Source: Catajapyx aquilonaris (taxonomy: Eukaryota). Taken from it: a DNA stretch of 32,591 bases. Below the pieces are notes generated by a model. It did no database searches and was not told where the DNA came from. It saw only the letters and a list, made by a program, of their open reading frames with translations. Made by a program: the position numbers and the translations under genes. The stretch spans positions 1 to 32,591 of the forward strand of contig JYFJ02004378.1 of the NCBI GenBank assembly GCA_000934665.2. The letters are read 5' to 3'. Below are positions 25,387 to 32,591 of this stretch, one piece after another (position 1 is the stretch's first letter; every line of letters begins with the position of its first letter).

Positions 25387-25906
25387 AGTAGGACAATTTT
25401 TTGTGTTTTTCTCAGAAATTGGTTGAAATTGGTTCACATCAATTAGGCCCTTAAATTTCGTAACAACTGATTCAATAATTTTCCTAGCAGCCACATAACC
25501 CATGAATCAAGAAACTTCCACCACTAATACTGTGAACTTGGCGAACAACATTCAGGCCACAACTGAGCAAGGTTCCATACACTGGTGACTGATACACTAG
25601 AATGGGGATAAGTTGTTCTGCACCTGCTGGGGAGAAGTATCTACTTTTAAGTTCCACGGTGCTGCATATTGACCCTACATGGAACTACAAGTAATTTATA
25701 GATTTCTAGTCAGACCACCGATATTTCCACTTGATTATGTTCTATTAATCCTTATCGTCCTTGTCCCAAGTATTCTATTGTGAATCAGGATAATGGTTCT
25801 CACAAAATGTAGAAAGCAGACGCCATTGCCCAAAATATTTTGCGTACCCCCAAAATTGTGTTCGCATACCCCAGTTTGAAAACCAATGGTTTAGTGTAAC
25901 AATAAT

Positions 25907-25912
25907 TTTATT
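25907..25912 (-). terminator. Candidate polyadenylation signal of CISD3
   Basis: First AATAAA seen on the minus strand downstream of the CISD3 stop, giving a 3' UTR of about 700 nt. Confidence 0.55.
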
Positions 25913-26608
25913 ACTTACATTGGGCAGGCTAGGAAAAAACCTGGAACTCCCATTGTAATTGAAATCAACCAGCGTTCATACACAAAGCCATGGAGGCACC
26001 CCTGATGGTAGATTGATGACCAAGGATTTACTCATTGCTGACAACAACATAACAATATAAAAGATAAATCCTTAGTGAAAAATCTATCTACAGTAATGCA
26101 ACCTGTTTTTCCATGCCAGATATGGAATATGCACACATTTGGTACGGAAAAATTCTCTTGAAGGTCCTAATACAGTATTGTAGCAGCAATTCCTAGCTAC
26201 ATGCCTATATTCACATTCTTTCAATTAAATCCCCCCCAATTGTGAAGCCAATCAGATGAAATTATGTTGACTGTTTACCATCACACCCCCTGGCTTATCA
26301 TTCTCACCCTGGTAACACTTGGCATGAAGCTGTCCTACACTACTCATAATTGATTAGGTACTGCTGCTAAATGCCTGGCATCCAACACCATGTCTTTCAG
26401 AGTCTCAGTTAGCAGGGTGAGCGCTCTGTATTGGGGTGTGATTCAAGTAAGGTGGTGGGTGTGATGTGCCTTTGCACCTAAATCATATTATACCTATGAA
26501 TGCAAGCAAAGCATGGAGTACCTCGAAAGCAACCTTGTTCTATCTCTTTGTGTTCTGCTGAACATGACTTCTTCCTGTCATCAAGGCGAAATATCTGAAA
26601 ACAAATTT

Positions 26609-27199
26609 TCAGTTCTTGATAGCATCTTGTATATCTTGCCTCTTGTGCGTCCCATCACAAAATGGCCTTTTGCTGGTCTGTTTGCAGTTGCAAAACCAGT
26701 ACTCCTTGGTCTCCGTGGCCAGGAATCTGACAGGCCGCAACTTGATCTTGAGTTGGTTGTCCTTGTGCGTACCGTCGCAGAAGGGCTGGTTGTGACTGTG
26801 CCCACAGCAGCACCAGTGGTAAACCTTGTCCTTCTCACACATGAACTTGAAGGGCTTCTTGTCGTAAATCTTTCCCATCTCCTTTTGGCCGGTAGCGCTG
26901 AATATCTCCTTCAATGGATTTTCATCCGGAACCTTCCCTGACTTGGAGCCATACCGCTTTGCCTTTAGAACAAACCAAACATGTATGTAATGAAATGCAT
27001 GCAACCTCGGCCATGCACTCTGCACATGGCATACTTGTGGAGACACCGTACATTGCACAATTAGCTGTGCAATCAAGGGCATGAGTGTATGACCTACCAT
27101 ACAGGCCAGTGCGCGTGCTGAAGCGGGTTTGCAGCCCAGGAGAGATGATCTTCTGGCCAGATGAAGTCCACCGGCTGATACCAGTCTGAAGGCAGCCAT
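26609..27199 (-). CDS. CISD3: CDGSH iron-sulfur domain-containing protein 3 (MiNT), mitochondrial; exons 27199-27098 and 26962-26609, 151 aa
   Basis: Two CDGSH-type motifs (WCCCGHSHNQPFCDGTH and WFCNCKQTSKRPFCDGTH) in one chain, diagnostic of CISD3. Arg/Ala/Leu/Ser-rich N-terminal presequence. Phase-0 intron ATG|GTAGGT...GTTTGGTTTGTTCTAAAG|GCA (27097-26963, 135 nt). Confidence 0.95.
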   Translation of the reverse strand: MAAFRLVSAGGLHLARRSSLLGCKPASARALACMVGHTLMPLIAQLIVQCTVSPQVCHVQSAWPRLHAFHYIHVWFVLKAKRYGSKSGKVPDENPLKEIFSATGQKEMGKIYDKKPFKFMCEKDKVYHWCCCGHSHNQPFCDGTHKDNQLKIKLRPVRFLATETKEYWFCNCKQTSKRPFCDGTHKRQDIQDAIKN

Positions 27200-27719
27200 C
27201 TTTGCTTGTCGGAGTGCAGGGTGGCCAGATCATTTCGTGCTGCAGGGTAGCCAGGCCCAGCACATACCGACCATCCTCGTCAACACACAATAATGCAGTA
27301 AATGTAAAATGAGCTGAATTAAATTCATTGCAATATAGAGGCAAAACTTCATCTACTCCACAACCGACACAGGCACACAATACTTCAAGAAAACTAGCAC
27401 AGTTGTAACCGGTTGTCATATTTAATCAAAATTTAATTCACAAAATATTTTTCTTAAATTCAAAATAACCAACATATTTTACTCAAAAGTTCAACAGGAC
27501 ACGATCAGGTATTCCCAGGTTATGTGCTAGACATCATCAAAATTATCAAGTGCCGTTCAGAGCAAGCAACTTTCAGTACATTATTATTCCTCAGAATAGG
27601 ACTTTTCTAGTCATTGTTTCTTCTAATCACCCGCTGTCACTCATTAAGTAAGGATTTTCCACTCCCAGCTAACTAAAGCTGCTCATGTTGGCTCTTGGCT
27701 TATTCAGTGCCCTTGTTCA

Positions 27720-28239
27720 GATTGATTGATTGAGTGATAGTGATAGTTGCGATAGATAAGCACCTGTGACGTTGCATGGCAGGGCAGGCAATACCACCCC
27801 AACCCCAACGTTAAATGAACAGAAGGTTTTTTAAAAAAAGGATTAATTGATTGTAATTTTACTTGAACATTTATTACAATTGCGACTATAAAATTCCAAT
27901 AGAGTGTAACAAGTGAAACGAAATGTGACAGGTATATTTTAAAAATACAATGGTTATAGATCTCTATACCTGTTGGTTCTTTTCAAAAAAGAGAGCCAAC
28001 ATAACTGTGTGGTCCACAGAGTCGGACAGCAGATGAGCGAGGGTGGAAGGACCAGGATCTCCCATCCGCAGGAGACCGGTGTCTAGGTGAAGTTGGTGCA
28101 ATGCAGGGCAGTCCAGCAGCACATGCTGGCCCGTCAGAGAAGGGGCCTGGTGGCAGTGGTCGCAGAGAGAAGGGCTGTCCCCGCCCCTGAGGAGGTGGCC
28201 GTGGGTGAGGCGGGTGTGCCCCATCCTGAGCCTGGCCAT
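27720..28239 (-). mobile_element. 5'-truncated non-LTR retrotransposon (I-group-like) 3' end
   Basis: ORF 28239-27964 encodes RLRMGHTRLTHGHLL...CDHC...LTGQHVLLDCP, the C-terminal CCHC zinc knuckle of I-group ORF2; followed by a UTR and a short (TCAA)n tail at 27720-27733. Confidence 0.85.
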
Positions 28240-28789
28240 TAGTAGTTTTCATCATGTCAGAATATAAGCAGACTTCTCTCGATTCGTTGAAGGTTTTTCC
28301 ACTCCCAGCAAACCAAAGCAGCTCTCTAGTTACGAATCTTGGTTTAAACTCATTTCAGACGTGTCAGATGGGTAACAATGCACTGGAGTTCTGCTAGCAT
28401 GGATCCCAGCTGCCACATCCAAGTTCACAAACCTTGGCATCCTTTTTAGATCATCCCTGGATTATCCACATCAGAGGAATTGTGGCAGCTCTCTGGAAAG
28501 AACAAGAACTGCTTTAAAATACCTCATAAGATGAGCAACATTTGCTCCCAGTTGCAAACCTACTCAACACACAGCAGAGCATGAGCAACTGCTCATCACT
28601 TTCATCAGCATCAATGGGATCAATGGCAATGAAACGCATTGAAATATTACATCTGCCCATCTGCAATATTTGACTTCCTTACACCTTTCATTGACCTTCA
28701 CAAATGACCTAAAATATGAAAAATGCACATAAATTTAAAATAAATCGCATTTGAGTGAGACATCCAAGGTTGCCTTCCCTCCACATGGC

Positions 28790-28826
28790 AGATGGCAACC
28801 CTGCCTCCAACATGGCGGCGCCCATG
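28790..28826 (+). promoter_or_regulatory. Candidate TACO1 proximal promoter/5' UTR motifs (YY1/Pho-type site)
   Basis: CAACATGGCGGC at 28808-28819 fits the YY1 consensus common at housekeeping TSSs; TGGCAACCCTG lies just upstream; about 80-100 nt before the ATG. Confidence 0.5.
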
Positions 28827-28898
28827 TCCATAAGACTGATTTCCGATGATTTTCTTCTCCTCTGCCTGACCTCTTCCTGAGGTGATCGGCTGGGACAG

Positions 28899-29927
28899 AT
28901 GGCGAGCCTTCTCCTGTGCGAGGCCTGCAGACTGGCCCCGCGTCTGATGGTCCTGGAGGCCAGCCAGCTCACGCAGAAGAGGCTGGCAGGGCACAGCAAG
29001 TGGAAGACCATCATGCACACAAAAGCGGCCAGAGACCAGGAGAGGGCCAAGCTGGCGGAGAAGTACACCAGGCTCATGAGGGTCGCCATCAAAGGTAAAC
29101 ACACGGTTGATGGAATAAATGGTATGACTGACAACATACTATAATCATTGCAGATGGTGGAAGTGCAGACCCTTTCAAGAATGGCCGTCTAGCAGGTCTG
29201 ATTGAGCAGGCAAAGAGTGTCAACCTTCCCATGTCAACCATTCAGAATGTCCTTAAGAGTACACAGGTATTGCATTCAAACACGGCTTATTAGTGTCAAG
29301 AGTAGATTTACATTACTTTTATTCCGCAGAATAAGGACATGAAGTCGTCGCTCATGGAAATTCGGGCCCTCGGTGGCTGCTTCCTGCTGCTAGACATTAT
29401 GACTGATAACCCTGTTCGTACCAAGCAGGAACTCAACACCGTACTCAAGAAGCACGGGTGAGAATGTTTCCGAGTACTTACAATAACGCAGACTGTACAA
29501 TCATTACTAGCCGACTCTTCACTCTGATAATTCCATTTATCGTTGCAGTGGTCAGTGGTGTGAGGGTTCGGCAAAGCATTTCTTTGAACAGAAAGGAGTC
29601 ATAAGACTTGTGGCAAGAGAGGGCGAGACGCTGGAAGCAGCGGAAACAAGGGCAATAGAAGCTGGTGCAGAAGAAGTCACCGAAGTGGAGCCCAGTGAAG
29701 ATGAAAACACTCCCCTGTTTCAGTTCTTGTGCGACCCCGCAGACTTTGGCACAGTCAGAAACAATCTCGCAAAGGAAGAGAATTGCACCTTGGATCATGC
29801 TGAAATCGAATTCCTTCCCGTCAATTGTGTTACTCTAAGAGATAACGAAATGCAGGCCATTGTGAAGCTCATTCAGAAGTTGCAAGATCATCCAGACGTC
29901 ATTAAAGTCTACAACAATGTTGAATAG
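28899..29927 (+). CDS. TACO1: Translational activator of cytochrome c oxidase 1 (YebC/PmpR family), mitochondrial; exons 28899-29094, 29154-29266, 29330-29457, 29549-29927; 271 aa
   Basis: AGHSKWKTIMHTKAARD N-terminal YebC motif after a presequence; GGSADP..N.RL, IMTDNPVRT, FEQKGVI and LQDHPDVIKVYNN motifs. Three GT-AG introns (59, 63, 91 nt) join into one 816-nt frame. Confidence 0.96.
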
Positions 29928-29936
29928 TTAATTAGT

Positions 29937-29978
29937 AATAAAGACAGATGTTTAAAAATTGACTACAATACTTTTATT
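29937..29978. terminator. Facing polyadenylation signals: AATAAA plus strand 29937-29942 (TACO1) and minus strand 29978-29973 (GalNAc-T gene)
   Basis: Canonical hexamers; the minus-strand one is the first seen downstream of the GalNAc-T stop. Confidence 0.6.
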
Positions 29979-30954
29979 AACATCCACCAAGCCTGTCTCA
30001 AAAAGTCAGTCACAATGAAGTTTGCCTTCTCCCATACCTCTCTCTACACTACTGTACACATAAATACTATGGAATACTGAGACTGCAGCTGGTAAAACTT
30101 CAGGAAAAAATCTTACTTGGAAAAGACACAGGGAGGCAGTGATAACAATGTTTGGGCCCTCGGGAATAACAATGCTGCAGATATGCATAATTTTTGTGGC
30201 AAGTAATTCTCAACACAATAGCAGATTTCATGTGATGATGATCAAGTCGGCAGTTAAGTCATGGGTCATTGCTCAAACACTAGAAAATATTACCTTACTA
30301 CTCCATCTGCCAATACGTAAGGTGCCACATTGTAAATTACGTTTGTAGTGTTTCATTGTTTGTCCATGACTTGACTAGGACAATACTTTTCTCCTTGCAA
30401 GGCAGCTATCACTTCCAAAATTATGAAGGTTCACTTCCACATATGGTAACATGTCAATATCAAATCTTGCATTATATATATGGAATAACATACCACGTAC
30501 CAGTAAATTCCACAAGGCACAACCCTCAACACTAATACACGTGCACACCAAAATATCCGTAAAAACACAAAAAAAAAGTGCAGTGACTTTGAGTGGACAT
30601 TCCGAATCATTCCTCACTCCGCAAATCACGCAGCACTGACATACGTCTTTATGAAAATGGACGGGTTAGGAGCAAGAGCCTTGCATCACAGACGAGCTGA
30701 TGACATTTCAGCTGTTTTCTTACATCCGTAAAAACCTTCCAGCTGGACACTCAGTTTTCAAAAATATCAATTGCAGCTGCTTCAGTGGTTAGGAAATAAC
30801 TTTGACTAGGAAACAACGTTCTCTCTTGCCTATGGATCCAGTTTGCACTCTCAGGAAGGGAAAGGCAATCGATATGCAAATAATATGGGAAAAATTCTGG
30901 CCCCTATCTTGGTTCGGGTGAAACACTATGTAACAACTCCGTGCTTCAAATTTG

Positions 30955-31387
30955 CTAAGCCTTTGCATTGTGGTGGTCAAACGACCATCGCTGGCCCACT
31001 CCTTCATTGCATGTTGCCACCAACACATTTTCATTGGAGGTGAGTCCAGTTGCATCCAAACATTTTCCTGTTGGCTTGTGGATCAGCTGCTGATTCTGAA
31101 GAGGAAATGAGAAATTCCATTATAAAACCTCAAAATGTCATAACACGAAGCCCTTACGATTTACATGTAAACTACCCAGTACCTTGTAATCACTTGTAAG
31201 CAAGACTTGAAATTATCTGACTTCCTGTTGAAGTACGAGGACTGACCTGATAGACCCACTCTTGGTTCCCCTTGCGACCGTGGCACTTGGCCATTACCAC
31301 CTTCTCTGATGGCTTAATGAAGTAGGCTGGCACCTCTGCACAAACATCCTCACGACGAAGCTCACCATTCCAGCTCAATGAGAAGAA
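30955..31387 (-). CDS. Last two coding exons (31387-31247, 31095-30955) of a polypeptide N-acetylgalactosaminyltransferase (ricin-B lectin domain; Pgant1-like from memory); rest of gene beyond window
   Basis: FFSLSWNGELRREDVCAEV...KCHGRKGNQEWVYQ|NQQLIHKPTGKCLDA...TCNEGVGQRWSF shows ricin-B QxW repeats with CLD/CHG motifs. Acceptor TTTCTGCAG, donor GTCAGT, acceptor TTCCTCTTCAG; both exons 141 nt, phase 0; TAG at 30957-30955. Confidence 0.88.
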
Positions 31388-31747
31388 CTGCAGAAATGAG
31401 CAGATAAGAAGTGTGGTTATTTAGTGCCTTCTCAGCTAACGTACATCAGTGGAATCTGCACAAAACCCTGCGGTAGCATAACTCTTAATATTTCAGTCTG
31501 GCTTATTGCACACTAGCAAATTTTATATGGTGCAGAAAGTTGGTTTTAAATAACCCTACATACTAGACATATGCAGGGGATAAGGAGGGATGAGGGTGTG
31601 AAGTGCCGAGTCCACTGAATGGGCAGACATGTTCATAGTAATTAACAAGGGTTTGGCCACTTGCAAAATCAGGTATGTCCCTCAGAGAGGAGTGGCCAAC
31701 CCCTTGGTGTAACCCTCCACATCGCCTCCAGATGGTTGCAATATCAC

Positions 31748-31818
31748 ACAGATATGAATATATCTGCTGTAGATATTCATACAGATATTCATAGATATAG
31801 ATGTAGATATTCATATCT
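31748..31818. repeat. Short AGATATTCAT-based tandem/foldback repeat in GalNAc-T intron
   Basis: AGATATTCATA occurs three times, with a degenerate inverted copy (AGATATGAATAT) at the start. Confidence 0.6.
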
Positions 31819-32411
31819 ACTAAGGACTAAATCATCTCAATGCTGCCACACTTTGAAAGATATGGGCTACCCTGTGTGCCATTGTGGCTGTAAGTTTCTC
31901 AGAGAGATCATAAAACATTAAAATGTAATACAATCAAGTCTGACACCATCGCCAATCTATCAATGGGCACAAAATGATTGTTTTGGTGGCAATTCTGCAA
32001 ACTCCCTTACGTAGACAATTTTATCACAATCGGAGCCAGTGAGTTATGACAAATGATTTACATCACTTGCAGAAAAGTGTTTATGCAACAAAACAAGCAA
32101 CAATGTTGATGACCAGCTTTAACACCACCTTGGAGTAACCAGCAACAGCCATTAAACTGACACTCAATGGCAATATTAAATTGGTAACATTCTTAGGCCA
32201 CACTCTGGTAAAGTCTTTACGTTAACATGGTGGTCAAGTGAAACTGACAAAGTTGTGGCCGTATTTGGCCTTATTTGCAGGAAAATGTTCCAGCATAATA
32301 TAAGAGACAGCCTTTTATTGAGTCTGTTTCTTACTATAGTTAGGAGACTATACACATGTTGCATTCCAGCAGCAGAAGCACACCACTCAAAAATCAATCA
32401 AATGCAAAGTA

Positions 32412-32494
32412 CAGTGGGTCCTCCGTATCAAGCGGGATCAGTTCCAAGGCCACTCGCAGATACCAAAATCTGTAGACGCTCAAGTCCCTTATAT
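32412..32494 (+). mobile_element. 5' end of a TcMar-Tigger (MER2-like) element, interrupted at 32495
   Basis: TA|CAGTGGGTCCTCCGTATC...GTTCCA...CGCAGATACCAAAATC...GCTCAAGTCCCTTATAT resembles the Tigger/MER2 5' terminus as remembered; not database-checked. Confidence 0.7.
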
Positions 32495-32591
32495 CAGTGG
32501 TCCCCAACCCCCGGGCCGCGGACCGGTACCGGTCCGTGGATCAAATGGTACCGGGCCGCCCAATTATTTCCATTTCATTTTTTTTTCTACA
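32495..32591 (+). mobile_element. 5' end of a hAT-Charlie (MER1/Charlie3-like) element, continues past window
   Basis: CAGTGGTCCCCAACCCCCGGGCCGCGGACCGGTACCGGTCCGTGG is a Charlie-type terminus with a palindromic subterminal; the preceding 8-mer CCTTATAT has the central TA typical of Charlie targets. Confidence 0.8.

Larger units (their letters stand above)
24314..25888 (-). mobile_element. Decayed, internally deleted hAT-Charlie/Buster transposon (1575 bp including nested insertions)
   Basis: TIRs CAGTGATTCCCAAACT and (reverse complement) CATTGGTTTTCAAACT. 8-bp TSD GTTTAGTG with central TA (24306-24313, 25889-25896). GTACCCCC subterminal motifs near both ends. The minus strand at about 24750-24921 translates, with frameshifts, FWAEKIEDYP-LATCALKYLIP-TTTYLFEASFSALTSMKTKLDPRLCVEKDL, the C-terminal motif of Charlie/Buster (ZBED5/SCAND3-type) transposases. 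Confidence 0.9.

Noticed and set aside
26513..26941. 142-aa plus-strand ORF
   Set aside because: Antisense shadow of CISD3 exon 2.
28698..29798. Minus-strand ORFs over TACO1
   Set aside because: Antisense shadows of TACO1 exons.
1..32591. Conserved miRNAs, hammerhead ribozymes, snoRNAs, CRISPR arrays or prokaryotic systems
   Set aside because: No remembered mature miRNA, complete ribozyme core, box C/D pair or repeat-spacer array was found by eye; the long hairpins are explained as MITEs. An Infernal/Rfam scan would be needed to exclude them.

Overview
Eukaryotic (animal, probably arthropod) genomic DNA; all calls were made by eye without database searches. Left end (1-2.0 kb): decayed 3' end of a hAT transposon, then a small acidic/Ala-rich orphan ORF with plausible short introns. 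Middle (about 2-22 kb): no credible protein-coding gene. It is CpG-retaining and TE-poor (three short MITEs), with clusters of developmental transcription-factor motifs, as expected of a cis-regulatory landscape. Right third (22-32.6 kb): CpG-depleted and TE-rich, with three genes. These are CISD3 (minus, 2 coding exons), TACO1 (plus, 4 exons, divergent from CISD3) and the last two exons (ricin-B lectin domain) of a polypeptide GalNAc-transferase (minus, convergent with TACO1). TEs there include a young intact tRNA-derived SINE, a decayed Charlie/Buster hAT containing a nested SINE and a 56-bp TIR-only hAT MITE, an I-group LINE 3' fragment, and nested Tigger(MER2)-like and Charlie(MER1)-like ends at the window edge. 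I found no convincing wholly new system. The best leads are the frame-preserving stop-free CISD3 intron, the minimal 56-bp MITE, the orphan gene, the shared SINE domain and the mammal-like DNA transposon ends.
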